Source of the DNA: Octopus sinensis
Lineage: Eukaryota
Assembly (NCBI RefSeq): GCF_006345805.1
Contig: NC_043018.1
Location: 10,478,001 to 10,542,000, forward strand
Direction: 5' to 3'
Length of the DNA: 64,000 bases
Shown piece after piece: positions 23,942-37,439 of the stretch. Every line of letters begins with the position of its first letter. Within the stretch, counting starts at the first letter, position 1. A program made the translations under genes and the position numbers. The notes below the pieces were generated by a model. The model saw nothing but the letters and a program-made list of their open reading frames with translations, was not told the DNA's origin and did not search any database.

Positions 23942-25581
23942 ATCCGAAGACCCGGCAAGACTAGTCAGGCCATAACCCATGGCCCCTACCTGGGACGTAG
24001 TCAGTCCACCTGTGCATACCTCCTTCTTGTGACACTTGTGAAGGACCTGTTGAGGCAAGTGAAAATCAAATCAAAAAACAAATCAAAATAGATGAACATC
24101 AATGGAATCTGTATCTTTGTGGTACCAGTGCCGGTGGCACACAAGAGAACCATCCGAACGTGGCCGTAGCCAGTTCCGCATCGACCGGCCTCCGTGCTGT
24201 GGGCACGTAACAAACACCATCCGATCATGGCCGTTCGCCAGCCTCATCTGGCACCTGTGTCGGTGGCACATAAAAACACCTTCCGAAGACCCGGCAAGAC
24301 TAGTCAGTCCACCTGTGCATACCTTCCTTCTTGTGACACTTGTGAAGACCTGTTGAGGCAAGTGAAAATCAAATCAAATCAAATCAAAATAGATGAACAT
24401 CAATGGAATTTGTATCTTTGTGGTACCAGTGCCTGTGGCACACAAGAAATCATCCGAACGTGGCCGTAGTCAGTACCGCATCGACTGGCCATCGTGCTGT
24501 GGGCACATAACAAACACCATCCGATCGTGGCCATTCGCCAGCCTCATCTAGCACCTGTGTCGGTGGCACATAAAAACACCATCCGAAGACCCGGCAAGAC
24601 TAGTCAGGCCATATCCCATGGCCCCTACCTGGGATGTAGTCAGTCAGTCCACCTGTGCATACCTTCCTCCTTGTGATACTTGTGAAGGCCTGTTGAGGCA
24701 AGTGAAAATCAAAATGAAATCAAAACAAATCAAATCAAATCAAATCAAAACAAATCAAAATAGATGAACATTAATGGAATTGTATCTTTGTGGTACCAGT
24801 GCCGGTGGCACACAAGAAAACCATCCGAACGTGGCCGTAGCCAGTACCGCACCGACTGGCCTCCATGCTGTGGGCACGTAACAAACACCATCCGATCGTG
24901 GCCGTTCGCCAGCCTCATCTGGCACCTGTGTCGGTGGCACATAAAAACACCATCTGAAGACCCGGCAAGACTAGTCAGGCCATAACCTGTGGCCCCTACC
25001 TGGGACGTAGTCAGTCCACCTGTGCATACCTTCCTTCTTGTGACACTTGTGAAGACCTGTTGAGGCAAGTGAAAATCAAAACAAATCAAAATAGATGAAC
25101 ATCAATGGAATTTGTATCTTTGTGGTACCAGTGCCGGTGGCACGTAGCACACAAGAAAACCATCCAAACGTGGCCGTAGCCAGTACCGCATCGACTGGCC
25201 TCCGTGCTGTGGGCACGTAACAAACACCATCCGATCGTGGCCGTTTGCCAGCCTCATCTGGCACCTGTGTCGGTGGCACATAAAAACACCATCCGAGCGT
25301 GGCCGTCTGCCAGCCTCGTCTGGCACCTGTGTCGGTGGCACATAAAAACACCATCCGAGCGTGGCCGTTTGCCAGCCTCGTCTGGCACCTGTGTCGGTGG
25401 CACATAAAATCACCCACTACACTCTCGGAGTGGTTGGCGTTAGGAAGGGCATCCAGCTGTAGAAACACTGCCAGATCTGACTGGACTGGTGCAGCTTTCG
25501 GGCTCCCCAGACCCCAGTTGGACCGTCCAACCCATGCTAGCATGGAAAGCGGACGTTAAATGATGATGATGATGATGATGA

Positions 25582-25585
<4 letters not shown>
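23942..25585 (+). mobile_element. tandem array (about 4 units of 300-370 bp) of the family C LINE 3' UTR, ending in one terminal tail and (GAT)n
   Basis: ccgaagacccggcaagactagtcag restarts near 23943, 24283, 24582 and 24954. Confidence 0.9.
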
Positions 25586-25628
<43 letters not shown>

Positions 25629-25943
25629 TTTTGGCAAATGGATTGAGTTGAGGACTCAGTTTTCTTGAGTGATTGTGGATCATTTACTATGTGTTTTGTT
25701 GAGCAGGCAGTAAGGCCTGCTTTGCTTAATGACATAAAACCTCAATGACAGGTGAAGCTTTCATTTAGAGGAGCAGCATTTTGCCAGTGTGCCTTCGTGC
25801 CTACAAGAAGTTGGTTCCGATGTTGGAGTCAACTTTGCTCAAATCTTTAAACTGGGGAGAAGCAGAATTGAAAGTAGATTTCTCTATTGAAGTAAAGTGC
25901 AAGGTGAACTAAATGTTCAAACTATAAAGACTGGTAAAAATCA

Positions 25944-26023
25944 CTTATATGAGCTAAAGGTATATTTCTGCCAGTGCTTACATTTGTAAGCACTAGCAGA
26001 AACATACCTTTAGCTCATATAAG
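25944..26023. other. 39-bp-arm hairpin (two near-perfect arms, 2-nt loop)
   Basis: cttatatgagctaaaggtatatttctgccagtgcttaca tt tgtaagcactagcagaaacatacctttagctcatataag. Confidence 0.95.
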
Positions 26024-26088
26024 GAATCGAAACCGCAATCCTCCAACCGCGAGTCCACTGCCCTAACCACTGGGCCATTATGCCTCCA
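26024..26088 (-). mobile_element. isolated tRNA-like SINE head truncated just after the B box
   Basis: Minus: tggaggcataaTGGCCCAGTGGttagggcagtggactcgcggttggaggattgcGGTTTCGATTCC; same head as 27478 and 63316. Confidence 0.85.
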
Positions 26089-26364
26089 CTGTAGTTGCTA
26101 CTGCTGCTACAGCTGTTGTTGTTGTTCTTCTTCTTCTTCTTGTTTTGTTCTTGATGCTGCTGCTGTTGCTGCCTGTTGCTATTGTTGTTGTTGCTGTTGT
26201 TTTTTGCTTAATCCTAGGTCAGCCTTCAACAACCAGGATCTCTGATCAAAGGCATTCCAGCTATGACCATCCTGTTATTTTGTTGACATCCATCATATAC
26301 CCACCCAGGCACCCTATCATAGCCCTTTTGTAAATTCAAACAATGGAATTCCTCTATTCTTTTA

Positions 26365-26589
26365 TTCTATTATTTGTTTCAATCATCTGACTATGGCCAT
26401 GCTGGAGCACCACCTTTGGTCAAACACATAGATCCCAGGACTTATTCTTTGTAAACCTAGCATTTATTCTGTCAGTTTCTTTCGCCAAACTGTTAAGTTA
26501 TAGGGATGTGAACACATCAAGCGATGATGGGGGAACAAACAGACACACACACACACACACACATACATACACACACATACATACATACA

Positions 26590-26625
<36 letters not shown>

Positions 26626-26720
26626 TTTATATATATAAATGTACACATATATATGCGGCAGGCTTCTCTCAGTTTCCATCTACCAAATCCACTCACAAGG
26701 CTTTGGTTGGCCCGAGGTTG
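26365..26720 (-). mobile_element. family A SINE
   Basis: Reverse complement of the family A consensus with central (TACA)n. Confidence 0.8.
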
Positions 26721-26889
26721 TAGTAGAAGACAGCCACTCCTGTGCCTATAGTAGTTGCGAAATTGAGGGAGATTCAGCTGCTATTTCTTTCGAAGCCAGA
26801 ATAACCCCTGTTATCATTGTTGGTGTTGTTACAAACAGCCGGAAGAGGGTGGTGGTAGCCGGGAAATACCACCACCACCACATCAGCAA

Positions 26890-27038
26890 CCAACATCACC
26901 ATCTCTACTACTACTACTACTGCTGCTACTAACTACTACTACTACAACTAACTACTACTACTACTACTAACTACTACTACTACTAACTACTACTACTACT
27001 ACTACTACTAACTACTACTACTACTACTACTACTACTA

Positions 27039-27075
<37 letters not shown>

Positions 27076-27115
27076 ACTACTACTACTACTAACTACTACT
27101 GCTGCTGCTGCTGCT
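26890..27115. repeat. (CTA)n/(ACTA) trinucleotide array
   Basis: Read directly. Confidence 0.95.
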
Positions 27116-27477
27116 ACAGTAATGACGATGTGGTATTTTACAAGTGGAAGTTATTTTATTACATAAAACTACAAACATAACTGGGTCAAAGCATTAAGTA
27201 ACATTTCACACGGCAGTTAACACATATTTATTCTCTCACTTCTGCCTGTCTATTTCTCCCTCCTACTCTCTCTTTCTTTCTCTCTCTCTCTCTATATATA
27301 TATATAATTGTATATACGTGTGTGTGTGTGTGTGTGTGTATATATGTCGTTATTCAGTTTTATTTCCAGATTTCTTGCCAATTGAGAAAAAGCCAGTTTC
27401 CAACCTAGATCCAAGACTCATTCATTGGAATTCCAACAACATCAACAGGGTATTTTTGCATGTATGTATCTGTGTAT

Positions 27478-27785
27478 TGGAGGTGCAATGGCCCAGTGGT
27501 TAGGGCAACGAACTCGCGGTTGTAGGATCGCGGTTTCGATTCCCAGACATTGTGAGTGTTTATTGAGCGAAAACACCTAAAGCTCCACGAGGCTCCAGCG
27601 TAGGGTGGTGGTGATCCCTGCTGTACTCTTTTTCCTCAACTTTCTCTCACTCTTTCTTCTGTTGGCCTGCCCGCTTAGCCAGCGGGGTGGCGTCATTTGA
27701 TGGCTAAAACAATTCGAAGCGCATTGTGACCAGCGATGTGTAACAACATCTGATAGCCAGGTCGGTCGCGGTGATCACGATGATA
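27478..27785 (+). mobile_element. tRNA-derived SINE (family D here)
   Basis: tggaggtgcaatggcccagtggttaggg...gtttcgattccc head; tail gcattgtgaccagcgatgtgtaacaacatctgat...gtgatcacg. Confidence 0.85.
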
Positions 27786-27967
27786 TACGTATATGTGTAG
27801 TGTTTGGAGTCAGTGTATGCGCATGTTTCTATATTTTGTTTCACTAGTGCGTTCTCATGCATATAGTTGCATATCTAGACATACTCATGTATGCTTAAAG
27901 GATAAACTTTTTGAATTTTTTGCAACTTCTGCAGTTCCAATGATGGTTCCGATCTGTAGTCTTCAAG

Positions 27968-27970
27968 TAC

Positions 27971-28002
<32 letters not shown>

Positions 28003-28286
28003 GTATTATGTATGTATGTATGTATGTATGCATGTATGCGTGTATGTATGTATGTATGTATGTATGCATGTATGTATGTATGTATGTATGCATGTATGTA
28101 TGTATGTATGTATGTGTGTGTGTGTATGTATGTATGTATGTATGTATGTATGTATGTATGTATGCATGTATGTATGTATGTATGTGTGTGTGTGTATGTA
28201 TGTATGTATGTATGTATGTATGTATGCATGTATGTATGTATGTATGTATGTGTGTGTGTATGTATGTATGTATGTATGTATGTATG

Positions 28287-28317
<31 letters not shown>

Positions 28318-28615
28318 GTATTATGTATGTATGTATGTATGCATGTATGCGTGTATGTATGTATGTATGCATGTATGCATGTATGTATGTATGCATGTAT
28401 GTATGTATGTGTGTATGTATGTATGTATGTATGTATGCATGTATGTATGTATGTATGTATGCATGTATGCATGTATGTATGTATGCATGTATGCATGTAT
28501 GCGTGTATGTATGTATGTATGTATGTATGCATGTATGTATGTATGTATGTATGTATGTGTGTGTGTGTATGTATGTATGTGTGTGTGTATGTATGTATGT
28601 GTGTGTGTGTATGTG

Positions 28616-28646
<31 letters not shown>

Positions 28647-28655
28647 GTATGTATG

Positions 28656-28686
<31 letters not shown>

Positions 28687-28703
28687 GTATGTATGTATGT
28701 ATG

Positions 28704-28734
<31 letters not shown>

Positions 28735-28811
28735 GTATGTATGTATGTATGTATGTATGTATGCATGTATGTATGTATGTATGTATGTATGTGTGTGTGA
28801 ATGTATGTATG

Positions 28812-28845
<34 letters not shown>

Positions 28846-29082
28846 TGTATGCATGTATGCATGTATGTATGTATGTATGCATGTATGCATGTATGTATGT
28901 ATGTATGTATGCATGTATGTATGTATGCATGTATGCGTGTGTGTATGTATGCATGTATGCATGTATGCGTGTGTGTATGTATGCATGTATGCATGTATGT
29001 ATGTATGCATGTATGCATGTATGTATGTACATATGTATGTATGTACATATGTATGTATGCATGCATGTATGTATGTATGTAT
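27968..29082. repeat. 1.1-kb (TGTA)n array with TGCA/TG variants and higher-order blocks
   Basis: Read directly; source of the 200-395 aa HTYI/MYVC pseudo-ORFs. Confidence 0.97.
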
Positions 29083-29469
29083 GATATTATCCTGTTTTTA
29101 TCTCAAGATTTCTAATAGTGAAAGAGCAGGTTTCTAACCTAGATTTAAAGATCCGTCATTGGAATTTCGACTACAGAGTATTTTTACATGTACGTGTATT
29201 ATGTGCAGTATTTGAAGTCACTGCATGTGCAGATTTGTATGTTTGATATATATCTTCTCATGCATATAATAGTTGCATATCTAGACATGCTCATATATAA
29301 TTAAATGATAAACTTCTGGAAAGTTTTACAAATTTTTATAGTTCCAGTGATGGCTTGAGTTTGTAATCTTCAAATCAGCTTTCTCCCTTCTAATTTTGGG
29401 AAGCCTCTTTTCTTAACGTTGGTATTTAAACAGTGTGTTACATATCTCAGTGAAGCCATGCGCCTTCAC

Positions 29470-29791
29470 AAGTGCATGGCTTAGTGGTTAGGGCATTCAG
29501 CTCACAATTGTAAGGTTAGGAGTTCAATTCCCAGCGACATGTTGTGTCCTTGAGCAAGACACTTTATTTCATGTTGCTCCAGTCCACTCAACTGGCAAAA
29601 ATGAGTAGTACCTGTAATTCAAAGGGGCCAGCCTTGTCACATTCTGTGTCATGCTGAATCTCCCTGAGAAATATGTGAAGGGGTACACATGTCTGGGGAT
29701 TGCTCAGTCATTTTCACATTAATTTCACGACCAGGCTGTTCCATTGATTGTATCAGCTGGGACCCTCATCGTCGTAACCGATGGAGTGCTC
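29470..29791 (+). mobile_element. tRNA-derived SINE (family E here)
   Basis: gcatggcttagtggttagggc...gagttcaattccc head, gtgtccttgagcaagacac segment, tail ending gtaaccgatggagtgctc. Confidence 0.8.
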
Positions 29792-30469
29792 CTACATATC
29801 CCAGTGCCCCAATAATTACAAATATAAACCTGATCTTGTAATCTAGGTAGAGTAACTGTATATTTCTCAATAGTTCAGCGTTTTCTTTTTCGCTCATCTT
29901 TAACATTATGTTAACATCTCCTATGTATGCATGTGTGTGTGTGTGTGTGTGCATGTACGTATTTGTGTGTGTGTGCATGTGCGTATGTGTGTGTGTGCGT
30001 GTGTTATCTTATGTGTGTGTATGTGTGTCTGTGTATGTACACCTGCTCACAAAGTTCTACATACATGAATATATTGGTTCTCCTCCTAGATGCTTCAATG
30101 ATTTTGCTTGAGCACACCATCCATCACGGTCCCCCATGCTTGTTCTTAATTTGTCACCATTTGCCATTTTATTCTCCTGAAGCAAATTGTCCACATATAT
30201 CTAGACGATTTCTTTCCCTGTTGGTTCTTCCTTCAACTTCCTGCCACAAGACCAGTGGACACACATCTTCTTCTGGCTGCCTGACACAATGGCCATCAAT
30301 TCTCATTCTTCTCTGCTGAATCTTCTCAGTCACTTTAGGTAGACCTTGATAAAGCTGCTCATTGGTTAAATTCTATCAGTCTCTTTTACCGAACCGCTAG
30401 GTTACAGGGACATAAACACACCAACCTCAGTTGTCAAGTAATGGGTGGGTGCAAACACATATATTACTT

Positions 30470-30910
30470 TTCGAAATCAAATTCAATGTCTGGCATCCGT
30501 GCTAGTGGGGCACTAAGAGCACCATCCGAGTGTGATTGTTGCCAGAACAGCCAACTGGCATCTGTGCCGTTGGCACGTAAAAAGCACCATTTGTAAGTGA
30601 TCGTTACCAGTGCCACCTTACTGGCACGTGAAAAAACATTCAAGCGAGGTCGTTTCCAGTGCAGCTGGCACATAAAAAAACACCATTTGAGCGTGGCTGT
30701 TGCCATTACCATCTGACTGGCCCTCATGCCAGTGGCACATAAAAGCACCCACTACACTCTCAGAGTGGTTGGCATTAGGAAGGGCATCCAGCTGTAGAAA
30801 CTCTGCCAGATCAGATTGGAGCCTGGTGCAGCCATCTGGTTCACCAGCCCTCAATCAAATCATCCAACCCATGCTAGCATGGAAAGTAGACATTAAACGA
30901 TGATGATGAT
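30470..30910 (+). mobile_element. family C LINE tail
   Basis: gagtggttggcattaggaagggcatccagctgtagaaac...catgctagcatggaaag...gatgatgat. Confidence 0.85.
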
Positions 30911-32146
30911 TTGACAATTATTTGTGTTTCAACAGCTTAATATCCTGTTTTACTCAGGCCACTCTTTTGATTTCCATTGGCTTGCAGAGAGGCCTCCACC
31001 AAATGCACCCAGTACACTGCATATACCCGGAACTCATTGAATATTCACTTTTTGGTGTTAAATAACATCAACAGCAACAGTAACTCTACTAATGTGCAAT
31101 GACTGTGCAGTTAAGAAGTTTGCTTTACAACCACATGTATCTAGGTTCAATCTCTCAGCACAGCACCTTTTGTACTTTTTTCTCATTTTGGCCATAGACT
31201 GCCACCATGCTGGGGCACTGTCTTCAAGAATTTGTAGTCAAATGAATCGACTCCAGTACTTTTTCTTTTTTTAAAAAACCTGTTACTTATTCCATCAAAA
31301 TCTTTTGCTGAACCGCTAAGTTACAGGAACATAAATGAACCAACACCAGTTATCAAGCAGTGGTGGGCCCTGAATACAGACACAAACACATTTACAAACA
31401 TGCACACGCGCGCGTGCGCACACACACACACACACACACACACGCATGCAAGTATATACACAACAGGCTTCTTTGCAGTTTCCGTCTACCAAATCCACTC
31501 ACAACGCTTTGATCAGCCCGAGGCCATAGTAGAAGGCACTTGCCCAAGTGGTTGTAAAGCAAACATCTTAATCATACAGCCACTGCCCATTAGAGAGACT
31601 GAACCCAGAACCATGTGGTTGGGAAACCAACGCCTTACCCCCACAGCCATACCTGGCTAAATATTTTCTCTCAGTTTGGAAAGAAAGTCCAGTCATATTG
31701 ATATGTTTAATTAATCAAGATAATTAAGTGGTTGGTATTAGGAAGGGCATCCAGTCATTAAACCCATGCCAAAACATACAATGAAACCTGATGCAGCCTC
31801 CTGCCTGGTGGTGGGGGGGGGGTGATGGTGATGACAACGACGACGACACCAACAATGATGACGATGATGAGGATTGTTATTGTTGTTGTTGTTGTTGTTA
31901 TTAAGACTGTGAACTGGCAAAATCTTTAGCACGCAGGGCAAAATGGTTAGTGATATGTCATCTGTCCTTACATTCTGAATTCAAATCCCGCCAAGATCGA
32001 CTTTGACTTTCATCCTTTTGGGGTTGATAAATTAAGTACCAGAGAAATACTAGGTTCGATGTAATCAACTAGTCCCCTCTCCTGAAATGTCATGCCTTGT
32101 GCCTATAGTAGAAAGGATTATGATTATTATTATTATTATTATTATA

Positions 32147-32225
<79 letters not shown>

Positions 32226-32227
32226 TT

Positions 32228-32781
32228 GAGTGAGAGAGCAGTGCATGCCATCAAAGTGACACGGGGGTAAAATATACGAAGCCCAGTATACCCATCATGA
32301 CTACCCGTCTGATAAGGGTACACCAGGCACATGCACCACAGCCATATGTGCGCGACATGGTGATCTCATATCAAGATAGACAGCACATGACCTTGCAGGT
32401 GGGGCCCAGTTAGAATTTTCTTCTGGTCAAGTAACCCATCCCACTCAAAAGGTCCCTGAATATGGATTGTTTAAGGATGTTGAAAGAAACACCCATGTTT
32501 CCAGAGGTGAATTATCCAAACCTCTAAGAATTCCTTTCAACACGCGGCTATGATACTCCCCCACAACTTCCACTCGTGATCAAAGATGCACATATCGTCA
32601 GCCACTAAGGGACATGCTCAACTGGTTAAGGTCAAACAACTGACAAGCAAATCTGAGGTATTGAGCAGAATATTTGCTGTAGCCCATCTTTTATACCAAG
32701 ACAAAACAATGTACATGATAACACTTCCAATCAGTTAAGATCAGAAACCATAAGAGCCACTGCCTGGTACTGCATCAGGGC
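32228..32781 (-). mobile_element. unclassified ~555-bp non-coding element flanked by (TAA)/(TAC) runs
   Basis: Complex sequence between trinucleotide runs; minus strand starts GCCCTGATGCAG and ends ctctctcactcaata followed by (TAC)n(TAA)n. Confidence 0.5.
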
Positions 32782-32811
32782 TATTATCATTATTATTATT
32801 ATTATCATTAT

Positions 32812-33360
32812 TCAGTAGTTTTATTTTTATAGCGTGCTTTTACTTCACTAGCGAGCGCAGCTCTGTGTGCCTTGGGTATGTGCTGTGGTTTGTTATGATG
32901 CTCTTATTTTTACTGTATTGAAAGTGTTCTGCGTAGGATGTGTGCAGTGCCCAGTAGTGCAATTTTTTGTATGTTATATGTGTTTGTAAGTCCTGGTGTT
33001 TTTGTTATGTATTTGTTTGAATATTTTTTTATCATGCCTAATGCGCCTACTATGATAGGAATTGTTTCTGTTTTCAGATTCCACATTCTGGTTACCTCTA
33101 TTTCCAGGTCTTTGTATTTTGAAAGTTTCTCCATTTCTTTTAGAGACACGTTGTCATCTGCCGGTATTGATACATCAATTAGAAAGCATTTTTTTCTTCA
33201 TGATCTCTGATAACTATATCTGGTCTGTTGGCCTTAATTTCTCTGTCTGTGTGTATTGGCATATCCCAGAGTATGGTTGCTTTCTCGTTTTCTGTGACCT
33301 TTTCTGGTGTGTGCCTATACCATCTTTTTTCTGTTGTTATTCCATAATGTTGGCATAGCT
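32812..33360 (-). pseudogene. 3' end of an R4/Dong-like non-LTR retrotransposon (restriction-like endonuclease) with (TAA)n tail
   Basis: NRPDIVI..LIDVSIP..EKLSKYKDLEIEVTRMW..PIIVGALG..ALLGTAHILRRTL. Confidence 0.85.
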
Positions 33361-33413
33361 TCCAGTGTATGTATGTATGTATGTATGTATGTATGTATGT
33401 ATGTATGTATGTA

Positions 33414-33449
<36 letters not shown>

Positions 33450-33511
33450 CATCATTATTATTATTATTGTTATTATTGTTATTATTATTATTGTTATTAT
33501 TATTATTGTTG

Positions 33512-33573
<62 letters not shown>

Positions 33574-33812
33574 GCATGCTAGGTGAAACACTTAACAGTA
33601 TTTCTCTCATTGCTACAGTCTGAGTTCAAGTTCTGCCAAGGTCAACTTTGCCTTCCATCCTTTCAGGGTCGATAAATTATGTACGAGTTGAGTACTGGGG
33701 TTGATGTAATTAACAAGTCCTGCTTCCCCAAATTTCATGCCTTGTACCTATAGTAGAATGAAATGTCATCGTCATCATCATCATCATCATCATCATTATC
33801 ATTATCATCATA

Positions 33813-33956
<144 letters not shown>

Positions 33957-33984
33957 GCCTTTGTACAGCTTCTACCAGTGTCAG

Positions 33985-34500
33985 CTGTTCACTACCAGTG
34001 AACTAAGGTAACACCTCTTATTTTTCGAGCACCTTCCAGAGTATTCAAGCGGTCCCAAGCAGAGCTGTTTTCTACAAGTACCCCACTCTTATTGCAGCCC
34101 CTATTTATTCCACGTACTTCTCGCGATTTTTGCTCACTGTTCCCAGAGCTTCGACAATTATTGATACTACTGCTACCTTTTTCATCGACCACAACTGCTT
34201 AACTTCCCAAGCTAACCTGTCATATCTCTCGACTTTTCTTCCTTCCTTATCGCATACCTTGTTCTCAGCTGGGCATGCTATGTCTATGATCCAGCATAGT
34301 TTGTTTTCTTTCTCAATTATGACTAAGTCCGGCTTCCTATTCTCAATCTCATGATCGCACTGAATCATAAAATCTCACAGGATTTTTGCATTTCTATTTT
34401 CAACAATGCCTTCAGGTTGGTGGTCGTACCAATATTTTGCTCCATCAACTCCATACTTGTTGCAAAGCGTCTAATGGACAAGCCTGACTATATTGTTGTG
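33985..34500 (-). pseudogene. second R4/Dong-like restriction-like-endonuclease fragment
   Basis: RKPDLVII..IIDIACP..KVERYDRLAWEV..VSIIVEALG. Confidence 0.8.
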
Positions 34501-34548
34501 GCGTCTCTTATATTCCTTCTGGGAATACTATTATCATCATCGTCGTCG

Positions 34549-34590
<42 letters not shown>

Positions 34591-34760
34591 CATCATCATC
34601 ATCATCATCATCATCAACATCATCATCATCATTTCCTCTCATTATTGCTAACATTATTCCGCCTGTTTGGCTAATTGTTGATCCCATGTGTCTAAAATCC
34701 TTCAGGTTTTAAAGCAACGAATCACACAATATCATTTTTGACACCTTAACATTTAATAAA

Positions 34761-34996
34761 CTGTTGTGTCTGGGGAAAGTCATTTTCTTTTTGTGCCTTA
34801 TAATTTAACACACTCACCGCGAAAATTTCCACTTATTTCTTATTTTTATTTTCCTAAAATTAAGACTATTGAAAAGGTTGTAAGACGCAACGGAAATTTT
34901 AGGAAAAATAGAAATAAGAAATAAGTGGAAATTTTACCGGTGAGTGTGTTAAGTTAGAAGGCACAAAAAGAAATTTACTCTCCCCAGACACAACAG
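34761..34996. repeat. 236-bp imperfect palindrome (~100-bp arms, 33-nt loop)
   Basis: ctgttgtgtctgggga...cctaaaatt and aattttagg...tccccagacacaacag. Confidence 0.9.
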
Positions 34997-35279
34997 AATA
35001 TGCTTCAACACATGAACTCACATAAAGAATCTTGCAAACCAAATCCCAAAACGAAATTTAATAAACTGTTTTCCCTCTGAATAATATTGCAATGACTTGA
35101 AAGGAAGTTAGTCAGACGAAGTTCTTGCTCAATTATTTATTCATGCAGAGCAACTACAACTTACCGTTATGGGTGTAATATGTATTTGTGAAGAGACCAA
35201 CAAGTACACCTGAAAGAAGTACAGAAGTTCGTTACTGTCTGACATATATTTACAGGTACCTTCTGTTTCAGCAATGTAA

Positions 35280-35498
35280 TTACTCTTTACTCTTTTACTT
35301 GTTTCAGTCATTTGACTGCGGCCATGCTGGAGCACCACCTTTGATTCGAGCAAATCGACCCCAGGACTTATTGTTTGTAAGCCCAGTACTTATTCTATCG
35401 GTCTCTTTTGCCGAACCGCTAAGTGACGGGGACATAAACACACCAGCATCGGTTGTCAAGCAATGCTAGGGAGGCAAATACAGACACACAAACACACA

Positions 35499-35570
<72 letters not shown>

Positions 35571-36795
35571 CATATATACGACGGGCTTCTTTCAGTTTCT
35601 GTCTACCAAATCCACTCACAAGGCTTTGGTCAGCCCGAGGCTATAGTAGAAGACAGTTGCCCAAGGTGCCACACAGTGGGACTGAACCTGGAACCATGTT
35701 GTTGGTAAGCAAGCTACTTACCACACAGCCACTCCTGCACCTATTCAAATTTTTGCCAGATTTTTTTTTTTTTACACTGTAGCATCTTTATTACTAAATT
35801 CTAGAAAAAAAAAATGAATATGATTTTCATCATCAGCAGGCAAAACAAGGTTATCTTTTGTTGACAATTATCCAGTGAAAATTTTAAATACTTTAAGTGG
35901 TTGAAAGAAATTTAACAGATGCCATACCCAGGACAGCTTTTACAGTAAGTATGCCTAGTTCTGTGAATGTGACACATATGACCCTGAACAACCACGTACC
36001 CAGTATTTTCATCATAGCTAATATGGTATATCTGCTATACACTGTGCACCCTGTTTTAGTCTGTATTCCGGGTATCTCCAATGTACACCAAGCCAGTGCT
36101 GTCAATGTCAACAGGATACCCATTACACCAAGTAACATTAGTGACAGACTTGCTTTGATAAACGATACCCTCATCTCTCCCTCCTTCCACCTCTCTCTCT
36201 CTCTCTCTTCCTCTATCTGTCTTTCTGTATGTATGTATGTATGTACGTATGTATGTACGTATGTATGTACGTATGTATGTATGTATGTATGTATGTATGT
36301 ATGTATGTATGTATGTATGTTTGTAGCTATCTATCTATCTATCTATCTGTCTGTATATATAATATATATATGTATGTATATATGTTACTCTTTTACTTAT
36401 TTCAGTCATTGGACTATGGCCATGCTGGAGCACTGCCTTTAGTCGAGCAAATCGATCCCAGGACTTATTCTTTGTAAGCCTAGTACTTATTCTATCAGTC
36501 TCTTTTGCCGAACTGCTAAGTTACGGGGACGTAAACACTAGCATCAGTTGTCAAGCAAAGTTGGGGGGATAAACACAGACACACAAACACACACACATAT
36601 ATATATATATATACATACATATATATATATACGATGGGCTTCTTTTCAGTTTCCGTCTGCCAAATCCACTCACAAGGCTTTGGTCGGCCTGAGGCTATAG
36701 CAGAAAACACTTGCCCAAGGTGCCACGCAGTGGGACTGAACCTAGAGCCATGTGGTTGGTAAGCAAGCTACTTACCACACAGCCACTCCTGCACC
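35280..36795 (-). mobile_element. two family A SINEs (35280-35740 and 36385-36795)
   Basis: Reverse complement of the family A consensus. Confidence 0.85.
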
Positions 36796-37040
36796 TATAT
36801 ATATATATTTCGTATATTTTTGTATATTTTATATATTTGTATATATAATATATATATACATATATATATAAATATATATATAAATATATATATATACATA
36901 TATATAATGCATATATATATATTATATATGTATAGATATATAGATATAAATAGATAAATGCAAACATATATACATACATATATATGTGTGTGTGTATGTA
37001 TGTATATTTATATGTATACACACACATATATACATATACA

Positions 37041-37103
<63 letters not shown>

Positions 37104-37439
37104 GTATATGTGTGTGTGTATATATACACAAATATACACATACACACTCACACACACATGCACACATATAAGAAGGGGTTTATTGTTGTCAATGTTGTTA
37201 TAATCACTGTCGTTACTGCTACTGCTGCTGTTGTTGTTGTTGTTATTGTTATCGCTGATATTGTCAACATTGCTTTTATTGTTATTTTTGTTGTCCTCAT
37301 TGCTGTTGTTATTGTCGTCATTGTTATTGTCACGTGCATGTTTACGAAAAAAGAAACACACCTCCTTCAACTTCACCATCTCTACTCCACCCCTAAATTC
37401 AAAAACAAAAATTCGGGTACCACTAAATCTGAACAGAAT

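Noticed and set aside
23942-25560. Repeat array resembling CRISPR spacing
   Set aside because: Units are 300-370 bp with no unique spacers, match a LINE 3' UTR, and there are no cas genes in eukaryotic context
27478-27550. tRNA-like sequences here and at 29470, 52890 and 63250
   Set aside because: SINE heads continuing into SINE bodies; no complete cloverleaf
27875-29137. ORFs of 220-395 aa (HTYI/MYVC repeats)
   Set aside because: Translations of a (TGTA)n array that lacks stops in several frames; not genes
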